From Octopus sinensis (lineage: Eukaryota), in the NCBI RefSeq assembly GCF_006345805.1, contig NC_043007.1:28148001-28212000 (forward strand): 64,000 nucleotides of DNA. Direction: 5' to 3'. Each line of letters opens with the position of its first letter. The first letter of the stretch is position 1. The translations under genes were made by a program, and so were the position numbers. Below the pieces are notes generated by a model. It was not told the DNA's origin and searched no databases. It saw only the letters and a list, made by a program, of their open reading frames with translations. Below are positions 12,901-25,277 of this stretch, piece after piece.

Positions 12901-13366
12901 ATGCACACACACACGTACACGTATAATATTACCCTCGCATATATATGAATATATTGACAGATAAGAATCCACAATGTTTTATAAGAGCAACATGAATTAT
13001 TGATTATTAAGAAACATATCTCCGTGCAAAAGTAGAAACTGTGCTATACATCTCCAGATTATGAGAGAAAATATTTATCATATTACTTCTATTATGGTAA
13101 TAATGATTCGAATATTTATGTGTAGAGATAATCTTTATCTTGTTGAAAAGCAACGCATCTCTCAAACAGAAATATTTATCTCGTTTAGCTTATGTAATGC
13201 CAACGTGCATCACACACACACACAGAGTGCAAATTTCTGTCTTGAGTCCCGGGACAAATAGGGCCGGTTGCTAGGTTTCCATGGTGTATAAGTGACCGGG
13301 GTCACAACAGTGCTCCTGCCCCCACCTCAACGGGACGCCACTGAAGGAATGTTAAATGAAGCTTAT

Positions 13367-13785
13367 GGCGGCAAGCTGGCAGAAACGTTAGCACGCCGGG
13401 CGAAATGCTTAGCGGTATTTCGTCTGCCGTTACGTTCTGAGTTCAAATTCCGCCGAGGTCTACTTGGCCTTTCATTCTTTTCGGGGTCGATAAATTAAGT
13501 AACAGTTACGCACTTGGTGTCGATATAATCGACTTAATCCCTTTGTCTGTCCTTGTTTGTCCCCTCTGTGTTGAGCCCCTTGTGGGTATTAAAGAAATAG
13601 GTATTTCGTCTGCCGTTGTGTTCTGAGTTCAAATTCCGCCGAGGTCGACTTTGCCCTTCATCCATTCGGGGTCGATAAATTAAGTACAAGTTACGCACTG
13701 GAGTTGATGTAATCGACTTAATCCCTTCTTCTGTCCTTGTTTGTTCCTTCTATGTTTAGCCCCTTGTAGGGAATAAAGAAATAAG
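13367..13785 (+). mobile_element. SINE family B dimer
   Basis: One full unit followed by a headless second unit, joined at aaagaaatagg|tatttcgtctg (13601). Confidence 0.9.
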
Positions 13786-14189
13786 GAAAGCTAAATGAAG
13801 TGTTTTGCGCAAGAGCGTCACGTATCGCCTGGTCTGAGTATTGATACCTCGATCGTGCGATAACGAGATCAAAACCCTAGCCATCAGACCACATGTCTTC
13901 TGCATCACAGAGGAATGTTCTTTTATGTGGTCGCTCGATCAGCTAGTATCAGTAGAGAAATGTCACTTAAATAACACTTCAGTATTTTGTTTTTTCGTTT
14001 TAATTTTCTGAGAGATTTGACTGCTATTTCTAGCACATCGAGTGACCTCGTAGAATAGTGTTACTCAAATGGTGCGGTGCGGAAATTAAAAAAAACAACA
14101 TATGATACAAGGTTTTATAAAATCTTTTCTAACGCTTAAACGTACTGAAATATGTAGGGTTCATAATTTTTGTGTTTTTAACACTATTA

Positions 14190-14524
14190 GTGTCTTCTAC
14201 TATAGCCTCGGGCCGACCAAAGCCTTGTGTGTAGATTTGGTAGACGGAAACTGAAAGAAGCCCGTCGTATATATGTGTATATGTATATATGTGTGTGTAT
14301 ATGTTTGATGTTTGTGTGTCTGTGTTTGTCCCCGCCCCCAACATCGCTTGACAACCGATGCTGGTGTGTTTACGTCCCCGTAACTTAGCGGTTCGGCAAA
14401 AGAGACCGATAGAATAAGTACTAGGCTTGCAAAGAATAAGTCCTGGGGTCGATTTGCTCGACTAAAGGCGGTGCTCCAGCATGGCCACAGTCAAATGACT
14501 GAAACAAGTAAAAGAGTAAAAGAG
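14190..14524 (+). mobile_element. SINE family A, 5'-truncated
   Basis: gtgtcttctactatagcctcgggccgacc through gtcaaatgactgaaacaagtaaaagagtaaaaga. Confidence 0.9.
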
Positions 14525-16078
14525 TATATTACGTGGATTCTTATTACACTCATTATGTTTCAATGTAATCGAACTTGAATATGCTAATCGTTGTTGTATT
14601 TCGTCATTAGAAAACAATTTCCCTTTCAGGAAAATGTCTGTTCATAACGCAATCGATTCGTTAGCATAAGGGGATTTGGGACACCCGTTGTTGTTTCGAT
14701 GCCATTGTCTCGTAAGTAGCTTGGTAAGCAAGCTACTTACCACACAGCCACTCCTGCGCCTATATAAGTACTTACTGCATAACGACACACATAAATCGCA
14801 GCAGATGAGAATCGTCTGTCATAGGCGCCAGAACACCCATATCACGTGATTTCATTCTGCTGGAAAACATCAGTCGGAGGCGTTCGGTCACCGGATGTCA
14901 GTTAAATTCCGCTGCTACGATATACAGAATGTCAGTATCTTCTCAGACACCAATGTCAAAAATAGCCAGCAGGCTTATTAAAAATTAATTATTAGCGACG
15001 AAATATATATATATATTTAAATAACTCACGATTCTCAAACTGTTATGAGATATGATATCAGAAATAAACGAATACAACTTAGCTCTGATATATTGTGTGA
15101 CATATTAGTCATCTCTAAGGCAGCGAGGCGGCAGATATTGGATATTAACCTATCTGAGATCGCCTCTGGTTTTGTAATACAAGATCTCTAATTTTAAAAT
15201 ATTCGTACTCAAGAATAATATTTTCGTACGGCGTGTACGTGTATGATAAAAAGCATAGGATCTAGTGCAGCACCCTGCTGACCTTACGTAAGTTTATTTT
15301 TGCTAATATTCGGGTAAATCCGTAAAAAAAAAAGAAAAAAGAAAAACAAGCATACATACTTCTTAATCAATCAACACTTTGTTATGGATACAAATATTGA
15401 ATTTCTATTAGTTGACAATACGATAGATTCGTTGTTGCCAAAATGTTGTATAACATACCTTAAGCAAATACCGAAGCGCCAGAAACCGGTTCGGTTAGGA
15501 TGAAAGAGTGTGTCTCTCTTCAGGAAATTGGATTCGCTTTTATGACAGTCGCTTGTTCACAGATATTGAAAATGTGTGATGTTATGACAGAAGAATTTTA
15601 TATGTTGGTATTTGTGGTAAAATATTACAAGTTTTATATCGAAATATACAGATTATATCGCCGAAACTTGTATCATCTGTTACCGAACGACGCACGATAT
15701 ATGAAGCACAGTATATCATGACTGAAAGATTGTGTATAGTTACAATCAAACTGTATCCTTGGGCACCTGGAACTATTTGCATTTCTATCCGTGTTTTATC
15801 TCTTGTTTGATATCAATATCATTTAGTCTGACTTTGGAAGGTGAGAAAAAGTTATTTATTTATTTATGTGTAGGAGTGTGTACGACCGTCTATGTATGTG
15901 TGTGTATATGTGTGTATGACTAATACGCCTATATGTGTGATACGCGCATACACACAGACATACGCAAGTATAGTAAATATCTGTAACTTTCTGAAGGCAA
16001 CAGAATACAGTTTGATATTTAACAGCAAATAAAAGTCGAAAACTTTGTTCTGAAAATGTGTGACATGTTGGTCATCCC

Positions 16079-16285
16079 TGAGGCGGCGAGGTGGCAGAGT
16101 CGTCAACACGTCGCACAGAAATGCGTAGCAGCATTTCTTTTCGTCCTTTCCGTCCTGAGTTCGAATCCCGATGAGGACAACTTTTCCTTTCGTCCTTTCA
16201 GGGTCGATAAAATAAAGTACCAATCAAATACTAGGGCTTATGTAATCGATTGCGCCTTTCTACCCTCGGAATTGCTAGCCTTCAA
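16079..16285 (+). mobile_element. SINE family B, diverged
   Basis: gaggcggcgaggtggcagag...gagttcgaatccc...cctttcagggtcgataaaataaagtacc. Confidence 0.7.
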
Positions 16286-16319
16286 CCCTGCAACGGAGTG
16301 GCGTCCGGTTTAGTAGGGA

Positions 16320-16583
16320 TGTTATGATTTCGGTCACTTTTACGACATAGAAAGCTGATAAACGGCTTCACGCTTAACGTAGTTCTCGGGGAGGTACAGC
16401 ATGACACAGAACGTGACAAGGCTGGCCCCTTTGATTTACATGTACAGTACAATTTTACCAGCTGTGTGAGCTGGAGCAAAGTGAAATAAAATATCTTGCT
16501 CAAGAAAACAACGCATCACCAGGAATCGAACTCATGATCTTACAATAGTGAGCGAATTACCCTAACCACTAAGCCACGCACCT
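16320..16583 (-). mobile_element. SINE family C-related copy with variant tRNA-like head
   Basis: cttaacgtagttctcggggaggtacagcatgacacagaacgtgacaaggctggcccc matches the family C body at 12365-12430; the minus strand has a tRNA-like head gtggcttagtggttagggt...gagttcgattcc. Confidence 0.65.
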
Positions 16584-17032
16584 CTATTTACATCTGCTAC
16601 TAGAAACGCCGATCTTTGCCACATCTTTATATAAGACTATATGTCCTTAGCAGGAATTTAGACAGCAAAACGTACGTAAATTTTCTATTCCAATTATTTT
16701 CCTATTACAATATTTTGTTTGTGCGTTTGCCTGTGTAAGACGATTATTTTCACAAATAGCTTGCGTTTTTTACTGAAAATTCTGTACAATGCCCTCCCTC
16801 CGCTAATTATTGAAGCTTATTTCTCCATTCTTGTTATTCGCCAGAATCCTTAAAACGGCGGACACACTTCTGTGTGTTATTTGTTGTGTCTCTTTACGGT
16901 CTGACCCCAAATCTAAGCGAGGTCATCTTTGTTTTACGTTCCAACGTCAATAAAATAAAAAAGCCAGCCAAGTATTCGATTTAATGGGAGAGGTGCCCGC
17001 CTATTAACTTGTGGCAAGCCTTTCTCTTTAAA

Positions 17033-17419
17033 CTCTTTTACTTGTTTCAGTCATGTGACTGTGGTCATACTGGAGCACCGCTTGTAGTTGAGCAAATCAA
17101 CCCCAGGACTTTTTCTTTGTAAGCCTAGTACTTATTCTATCAGTATATTTGCCAAACCGCTAAGTTACGGGAATGTAAACACACCAGCATCGGTTGTCGA
17201 GCGATGTTGGGGGTACAAACACAGACACAAACACACACACATATATATATATACGACGGGCTTCTTTCAGTTTCCATCTACCAAATCCACTCAGAAGGCT
17301 TTGGTCGGCTCGAGGCTATAGTAGAAGACACTCGCCCAAGGTGCCACGCAAAATGGGACTGAACCCGGAACCATGTGGCTGGTAAGCAAGCTACTTACCA
17401 CACAGCCACTCCCACGCCT
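17033..17419 (-). mobile_element. SINE family A, full length
   Basis: Reverse complement of the family A consensus from head to tail. Confidence 0.9.
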
Positions 17420-17869
17420 TGTGCATGTATAGTGGAAATCTTTATGATATTGCACGCTTTTGGCAGACATCGTAGAATTTTCATGTTTTGTCTCACATTT
17501 CGGATTGCATTGCGATCACAACTGAAAAGTGACAACAAAGTCGAGATTGGTTTGAAAAACAGTAGCGATTAAACTATTTCGGTAAAAAAGCGAAGGAGCA
17601 ACCAAAATGTTTTGGTAAAAAAGCGAAGAAGCAACTAAAATTCTTCCGTAAAAAAAGCTAAGAAGTAACTAGAAAAAAAAATTTGGACAAAAAGTTTGCG
17701 ACGAAGATTCTTGATAGTGGCTATGAAGAATTTTAAAGAAAATTTTGTGAGGAAAAGTTTCTGATTTTGCAAAGAATTTTAAAGAATGTTTTTCGAAAAT
17801 CACGTTATAACTGTAACAGAAATAGTAATTAAATAAATAAGTTCAGGTTATTATATGGAGGATTAAGAC

Positions 17870-18290
17870 CGAGGAATGGCACAAAACGTTAGCACGCCGG
17901 ACAAAATACTTAGCAGTATAACTTCCGATTTTCCGCTCTGAGTTCAAATTCCACCAAAGTCAACTTTACCGTTCTTCATATCGGGGTCGATAAATTAAGT
18001 ACCTGTTGAGTACTGGGGTCGATGTAATCGACTTACCCACTCCCTCGAAGTTGCTGGCCTTGTGCTAAAATTTGAAATCAAGGTGGTGAGCTGGCAGAAT
18101 TGTTAGCACACCGGGCGAAATTCTTAGCGGTATTTCGTCTGTCGCTACGTTCTGAGTTCAAATTCCGCCGAGGTCGACTTTGCCTTTCATCCTTTCGGGG
18201 TTGATTAAATAAGTAACAGTTACGCACTGGGGTCGATATAATCAACTTATCCCTTCCTCCAAATTTGAGGCCTTGTGCTTCCAGTAGAAA
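17870..18290 (+). mobile_element. Two adjacent SINE family B copies
   Basis: Heads at ~17875 and ~18085, each with GAGTTCAAATTCC and the gtcgat core. Confidence 0.8.
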
Positions 18291-18344
18291 GAATTATTAT
18301 AATAGTTATTAATATTATTATTATTATCATCGACCCCACTTCTT

Positions 18345-18632
18345 ATATTGTTTTAAACCGATTATTTATTCCATTGGTCTCTTTTTGCGAACCATTAAGA
18401 TACAGGGGCGTAAACAAACCAATACCGATTGTCAAGTGGAGTTGGGAGAGAAACGCACACACACACACATACGATAGGCTTCTTTCAGTTACCGTGCACC
18501 AAATCCACTCACAAGGATTTGATCGGCCCAGGGGTATAGAAGACGACAGTTTGTTTAAGGTAGCACGCAGTGGGACTGAACCTGCAACCATGTGGTTGGG
18601 AAGCAACCTTCTTACTCTACAGCCACGCCTGT
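18345..18632 (-). mobile_element. SINE family A, diverged
   Basis: cagtgggactgaacctgcaaccatgtggttggg and ccaaatccactcacaagg match family A. Confidence 0.75.
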
Positions 18633-19476
18633 GCCAATAGATAGTCGTATTGATTGAACAGCTTATCCAATGTTGATATATAGAACTCCAAAGAAATATC
18701 AGTTCATAACTCAAAACCCGTCGCTTCATAATTCACTTCTTACATTCTCAACACTGCATAATATCATTCAAAAACATTTTCAGTTTCATAACAAATTCTA
18801 CTCAATAATTTATCGATATATTCCTGTCTACTGAACCCGACAAGATACTACTAGCCAAAATTTATAGATAAAAGTTTTGTTTCTCTACCTGTTGACTCTA
18901 ACATATAGTTATGGCAACCACCAAGTATAGAAACTTGAAATCAGCATCTTATATAGAATGCTGCTCTATGCGGTCACTTGATGGGCAGCAAATACTGTTC
19001 GGCGTCAAATTTCAACCAATCGTCTTTAAATAAAATATGATGAGATGGCCACATTTGCATTTGCAGTTATTTTCGTGTAGATTTGCTCTGTCTGAGCTAA
19101 ATTAGGAGAGAGAATAGCAATAAACACACTAAACCCATGATGCGCTGGGATTTGCACTAACATTGCATGGACTGCTGACCATATTTTATGAAAATGAGAC
19201 TACCATGCAGACATAAAAACACAAAAAATACTTAAAATATCTTCTTAGTATATAATGGTGGCAAGCTTTAATGAAAATAGGAAACCGTTGATAAGCAAGC
19301 GCCAAAATTCAAACGGTCAGAATGTCTATTACCAATAAAAAAATATACCATATATGTTTCTTTCAACCGAAAGGTTGAAAAGCAAAGGTGACCTCGGCGG
19401 AATTTGAACTCAGAACGTAAAGACAGACAAAATATATATTAATATATTAATATATCATCGTAGTATCTTTGGTGTG

Positions 19477-19514
<38 letters not shown>

Positions 19515-20377
19515 CGTGTGTGTATGTGTATATGTATGTTTGTTTGTGTGTGTGTGTCTGTGTATATGTATGTGTGTGTATGTGGTTGTGTCCGTGTTTT
19601 CCACCTCAGCAGCTTAGCAGCTGAGGTTGATTTGCTCGACTAAAACCCTTCAAGACGGTGCTCCAGCATGGCCTCTGTTCAATGAATAGAAAAAGTAAAA
19701 GGCGGTAAGATAAAATATACACCACTGAAAATGTCTTCGCAAATTCCTCTTGGCAAATTTACACACAGGAAGTCGTACGGAAGCATTCGCATCTCAAACA
19801 CAGCTTCGTGTAGCGTTTACATGTATGAAGTAATTGGACAAAAAATAAAGATATTCTGCTGATTAGCCCTGTTATTCGATCAGCAATGATGGCATATAAG
19901 TAATTACATGACCCGAAGGAATCGTTAACTTGATATCTGGTTCTTAAATATTGAGCGACGAGTTAAAAGTCAGGAGCAAATTCTTCCTCTTCGTCGTTGA
20001 CATGGAAGCAGACATCGGCACGAAAGCCACCACCACAGTCCATATTAGAGCCCTAATCATTGTAATTCCTTCATTGCTGATGATGATCAACAATTTAGAT
20101 ATAACATTTCAATCAGAGAAATTGCTCTTTCAAAGACCGCTAAATACGCTGCAAGTAACTTCAGCCTCTGGGCGTGAAGAAATATTATTTATTTAGGGAA
20201 TGTTATGAGGTTGTAATGACGGGAACGTTACACCGCGCAAATAATCTAAACTACACACTATACTGAATTAAACTACACTTCACTCAAATAACACACATCA
20301 CACTCATGCATACATGCATACATACATACATACATACGTACATACGTACATACATACATACTACATACATACATACA

Positions 20378-20457
<80 letters not shown>

Positions 20458-20467
20458 AATGAATTTT

Positions 20468-20536
20468 GTTCATGGACCCCCAATACTACCTTTGCGGACC
20501 AGCTAGGGTTCGCGGCCCCCAGGTTGGGAACCACTG
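20468..20536. mobile_element. hAT (Charlie-like) terminal fragment
   Basis: Ends ggttgggaaccactg, the reverse complement of CAGTGGTTCCCAACC, a typical hAT/Charlie terminal inverted repeat. Confidence 0.6.
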
Positions 20537-20671
20537 TTTTAAAGACTCAAAACTATAACGGGAAACATTTTTATTGCATTCTTAATGACTCACCGTACAC
20601 TTTAAACAGTTTGGAACCAAACTCCACATGTCGGTTTCAAATGTTTTTGGCAAAAAGCCAGCAATTCTAGG

Positions 20672-21332
20672 GGATGGAGTAAGTTGATTAGATCGACTCC
20701 ACTACGCAACTGCTACTTAATTTATCGCCCACAAAAGGATGAAAGGCAAAGTCGACCTTGGCGGAATTTGAACTCAGAAACGTAAAGACGGAAAAAATAC
20801 CGCTAAGCATTTTGTCCGGCTTGCTAATGATTAATAATAATAATAATAATAATGATAATAATAATAATAATAATAATCATTAATAATAATGATAATAATG
20901 GTTTCAAATTTTGCCACAAGGATAACAATTTTGGGTAAGGAGATGAGTCAATTACATTGACTCTATTGTTCAAATGGTATTTATTTCATCGACCCTGAAA
21001 AGACAAGCAAAGTCGATCTCAGCAGAATTTGAACTCAGAACGTAGCGACGGGCGAAATATCGCTAAGCATTTTTCTTACCGTGCGAATGGTTCTGTCAGC
21101 TCGCCGGCTTAATACTAATAAAATTTTCAGCTACAGGCACAAGGCCTGAAATTTTGGTTGAGGGGACTAGTGGATTACATCGACCCCCAAGTTCAACTGG
21201 TACTTAATTTATTGACTCCAAAAGGATGAAAGGCAAAGTCGATCTTAGCAGAGTTTGAACTCAGAACTTAAAGACGAGCTAAATGCCGCTAAGCATTTTT
21301 CCCGGCGTGCTAACGATTCTGCCAGCTCGCCG

Positions 21333-21335
<3 letters not shown>
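20672..21335 (-). mobile_element. Cluster of three SINE family B copies separated by (AAT)n
   Basis: Three occurrences of (ggc)aaagtcga...(g)aatttgaactcagaa at ~20740, ~21010 and ~21235. Confidence 0.8.
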
Positions 21336-21368
<33 letters not shown>

Positions 21369-21927
21369 TGATGATGATGATGATGATGACAACAACAACA
21401 ATGATAATAATGATAATAATAAAAATAACAGCAACAACAACAACAACAATAATAATAATAATAATAATTAATAATAATAAAAATATGTAACGATACATAA
21501 AAATAAATTAAACAAATAAATAGATAAAGGAACGGAAATGGCGGTTTTTATAGAAGATGGCGATGGTTCCAATATTTGCTGCAGGCAATAAGATTGTGCA
21601 TGCGAACTGGCTATAAATGTCAGTTTTATGAAGGTCGTACTGCACCAGTTCTACGCATACATCGTCTATTTATGTAAGTAACGAGCTGTAGCAGGGGTCA
21701 TTTTGGACAGTGAATTACGAGTAAGGAAACTGTGTGGTTGTTTGGCCATGGCGCTAGTTGAAACTTTTGGTGCATTTACTGACGAAGACAATATAAGTCT
21801 TGTTGCTATTACACGAGGAAGATTTAAAATATGAGACGGTTTATTGTGGTTCTCCGGAGAAATAAGTGTCGGCAATGACTGACAGAGATTTTGTGAAGTT
21901 TATATCTTCAAACTACACTTAACAGGC

Positions 21928-22085
21928 AGAGACATGGCAGTGTGGTTAAGAATGTCCTTTCCCAATCATGGCGTTTCGGGTTCAGTCCCACTGCGAGGCT
22001 CCTTGGGCAAGTGTCTTTTACTACAGCCTCGGGTAGACTAATGCGATGTGAGTGAATCTTGGTGTGGGAAACTGCGAAAGAAAAC
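21928..22085 (+). mobile_element. SINE family A-like head/core
   Basis: ggcagtgtggttaag...gggttcagtcccactgcgaggctccttgggcaagtgtc. Confidence 0.75.
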
Positions 22086-22245
22086 CCTATATATATATAT
22101 ATATAGATAGATAAGTATATATTATATATATGTATATATATATGTATATGTATATATATATATATGTGTGTGTGTATGTGTGTATACATATATTAGTATA
22201 TATATGTATGTATGTATGTTGTATGTATGTATGTATGTATGTATG

Positions 22246-22301
<56 letters not shown>

Positions 22302-22302
<1 letters not shown>

Positions 22303-22507
22303 TTTATTTTAAGCAGCAGAAAAAAAACCTGTTACTCTGAGTTTCCCGTTGCCGCAAAAACTGTCCGATGAACGGCAACGGGAACTCAGAGTAACAGGTT
22401 TTGTTGAATTTTTTGCTGCTTTAAATAAAGCATATTACTCTACCACTGGTATTTGAGTACTCTTTTTTCCACCTTGTTTCACATTTATGTGTTTACTCCG
22501 GTATATA
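22302..22507 (+). mobile_element. Short Penelope-like-type non-autonomous element with hammerhead-like motif and inverted 5' duplication
   Basis: Shares aaaactgtccgatgaacggcaacg..gaa.ctcagagtaacag.ttttgttgaatttt.tgctgctttaaataaag with 54291-54364; 22302-22354 is an inverted copy of 22373-22430. Confidence 0.65.
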
Positions 22508-22534
22508 TATATATATATATATAATATATATATA

Positions 22535-22752
22535 CGAGGGGGTGCGGAGAAGTTCCTGGCCTTGGGTAAAAGAAAATGCAGAGGAATTGGTTAATTATGT
22601 GTTTATTCAACCTATTCCCCTCTTAGACGCACACACTTATGGCAGCGGTCCTTCTGTTTTTTTAAAGCTTTGTAAAAGAACTCGGAAGGCTGAGCCGCCA
22701 ACCAAGCCTTTCGAGGCACCTTTAAAGCCAGGAACTTTTCAGTACCTCTTCG
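22535..22752. mobile_element. Tc1/mariner-type MITE, complete (218 bp)
   Basis: TA-CGAGGGGGTGCGGAGAAGTTCCTGGCC ... GCCAGGAACTTTTCAGTACCTCTTCG-TA: imperfect ~28-bp TIRs and a TA TSD. Confidence 0.85.
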
Positions 22753-22783
<31 letters not shown>

Positions 22784-23008
22784 GTTTATTTATCCGTGTC
22801 TGTTCTTTCCATACCTTTAGACGACTGATGTTGGTCTGTAAGTTAACAGTTTGACAAAGGAGGCGATATAAAAAAGTACCAGATTTTCATAAAAAGAATA
22901 AGTACGTGGGTCGATTTATTCGACTACACCCTTTTCGACGGTACCCCCAGGTTGGTGGCAGTGTAATGGCTGAAACAGGTGTAAGAAATAACCGAAATAT
23001 ATATATAA

Positions 23009-23098
23009 AGTTAATCCAAACAAGAAAGCACAAAAAACACAACAACGCGAGGACGTGGAACAAATATAGTATTATTGGACGCTCAGGAAAGAAGGAAA
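23009..23098 (-). repeat. Dispersed repeat (tail of the GAAGA-type hammerhead family)
   Basis: Reverse complement matches ttcctgagcgtccaataa..ctata.ttgttccacgtcctcgcgttgttgtg at 31905-31960. Confidence 0.8.
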
Positions 23099-23325
23099 CA
23101 TAGGAGCTCGTCGGCGGAAACATAGGAGAAGGAAAGATCCAGAGAAGGGAAGACAGAGGGAAAAAATAGCCAACGGTACACACGAGGTCTTATATATATA
23201 TATATAAAGATCGAGACGAAGGCAAATAAAAACTCGACTAAAACACTCTAAAACAACAATCGCAATGTGGTACTCCGTCGGTTACGACGACGAGGTTCCA
23301 GTTGATCCGATCAACTAGAACCCCA

Positions 23326-23420
23326 TTTCGGCTGATATACCCTCCAACCTTCATCAGGTGTCTTGGGGAAAATTCGAACCTGGGTTCTCGTTCCTAAGGT
23401 ATTTTTCGATGTTGTTGTTG

Positions 23421-23504
<84 letters not shown>

Positions 23505-23530
23505 TATTATTATTATTATTACTGGCAGGT
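23326..23530 (-). mobile_element. Second copy of the family D element (hammerhead tail + (AAT)n), truncated
   Basis: Minus strand catcgaaaaataccttaggaacgagaacccaggttcgaattttccccaagacacctgatgaaggttggagggtatatcagccgaaa matches 30628-30712. Confidence 0.85.
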
Positions 23531-23639
23531 CAGCTTATTAGATGTACAGTAATGATATATTAAAATTACAATAATATAGGACAAGTGTAACTTCTGCCTC
23601 TCCTGAAAAAAAAGTCTCTAAAGTTCTGGAATGGACCTC

Positions 23640-23850
23640 GTAGCAACAAGAGCAACAGCATCACCACGACCATCATCATCATCGTCATCACCACCGTCAT
23701 CATTATCGTCATCCTCATCATCATCATCGTCGTCATCATCATCATCATCGTCATCATCATCATCATCATCATCATCATGACCATCGTCATCATCATGACC
23801 ATCATCATCATCATCATCATCCTCATCATCATGACCATCATCATTGTAAC

Positions 23851-23886
<36 letters not shown>

Positions 23887-23920
23887 TATCATCATCATCA
23901 TCATCATCATCCATAACAAT
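23640..23920. repeat. (ATC)n microsatellite
   Basis: Direct reading; source of the poly-Met/Asp ORFs. Confidence 0.95.
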
Positions 23921-24694
23921 AAGAGCAACACCAACATTTAAAGCAATTAGCAAAAGTGCATATATATGTATATATATATGTATATATATATACGAATGTA
24001 GCGAATTGACCAATGTTGTGTTCGTGTTAATGGAGTCAGCCGTGATGTAGCCATTATAAGTTGTTAAATTCCGGTGATAATGATCGGTGTACGACTTGAG
24101 TTAGTAATTAAGTGATTGTAGTCCGGCAGATGAGAGTTAAGAATATTAATTGTACAATGTATAAATGATTATAAGTAACTTCTCTGTCGCATTAGTAGAA
24201 TCTTGCATTTTATAATAATGGAGCTGATGGGGGAGATGAAGGCACGTTGCGTAGCATTGGTGGTGGTGGTGGTATTGCATACACAATCGTAAAAATCGCT
24301 GTTTCGATTCGCAGACGGGACAATGTGTCGCCTTCTTGAACAAAATACTGGCTTTCATGTTGCTCCAGTTCAGGCAACTGCGTTCGATTGGTGTTCCAGT
24401 TCAGAGGCAGGGACGGGGGCGGTGCTGTTGGCAGGGACGTTGTGATCTCGGTCGCTTATGTGCCATGGCAACCGGTTCTATGAGTCCCAGTATTTAAGAT
24501 AATAATGATCATAGGTTGATGATGATGATGATGTAACGAGGAGATGCACAGACAGATGAATCAATGAAGAAACCTCTATGCGTTCGGTCGATCCGCTGAA
24601 AATAACCGCCAAATATTTTTCAAATAGTCCCCTTCTGTCCATTTCTTAAAAGACACTATGTAGTCCCTTCGCAATATTCTAGAAATATAAGGCA

Positions 24695-24900
24695 GGGAGC
24701 TGGCAGAAATGTTAGTACGCCGGACGAAATGCTTAACGGTTTTTCGTCCGTCTTTACGCTCTGAGTTCAAATTTCTCAGAGGTCGACTTTGCCTTTCATC
24801 CTTTCGGAATCGATAAATTAAGTACCAGTTGCGTACTGGGGTCGACCTAATCGACTAGAGCCCCCTTCCCAATAAATTTCGGGCGTTGCTCCTAGAGTAG
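24695..24900 (+). mobile_element. SINE family B
   Basis: gggagctggcagaaatgttagtacgccgg...gaggtcgactttgcctttcatcctttcgg. Confidence 0.85.
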
Positions 24901-24904
24901 ACAA

Positions 24905-25277
24905 CAGCTAAGTTACGGGAATGTAGACACGCCACCATCTTATGTTAAGCGATGATGGGGGACAAACACAAACACACACAGACACACACACACACACACA
25001 TATGTGTGTGTGTGTGTACATACGTATGTATGTATGTATGTATGTATGTATGTATGTATGTATGTATGTATGTATGTATGTATGTATGTATATGTGTGTG
25101 TGTATGTGTGTGTGTGTGTACGACAGGCGTCTTTCAGTTTCCGTCTACCAAATCCACTCACAAGGTTTTGGTCGGCGCGAGGCTATAGTAGAAGACACTT
25201 GGTTAAGGTGCCATGCAGGGGGACTGAACCCGGAACCATGTGGCTGGTAAACAAGCTACTCATCACACAGCCACTCA
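24905..25277 (-). mobile_element. SINE family A with expanded internal (TACA)n
   Basis: Head at ~25275 and core at 25130-25230; truncated in the 3' body. Confidence 0.85.

Noticed and set aside
21550-21900. AAGATGGCG (YY1-like) motif and a downstream GTAAGT as a first exon
   Set aside because: Short motifs are expected by chance and there is no coherent ORF or other promoter evidence.
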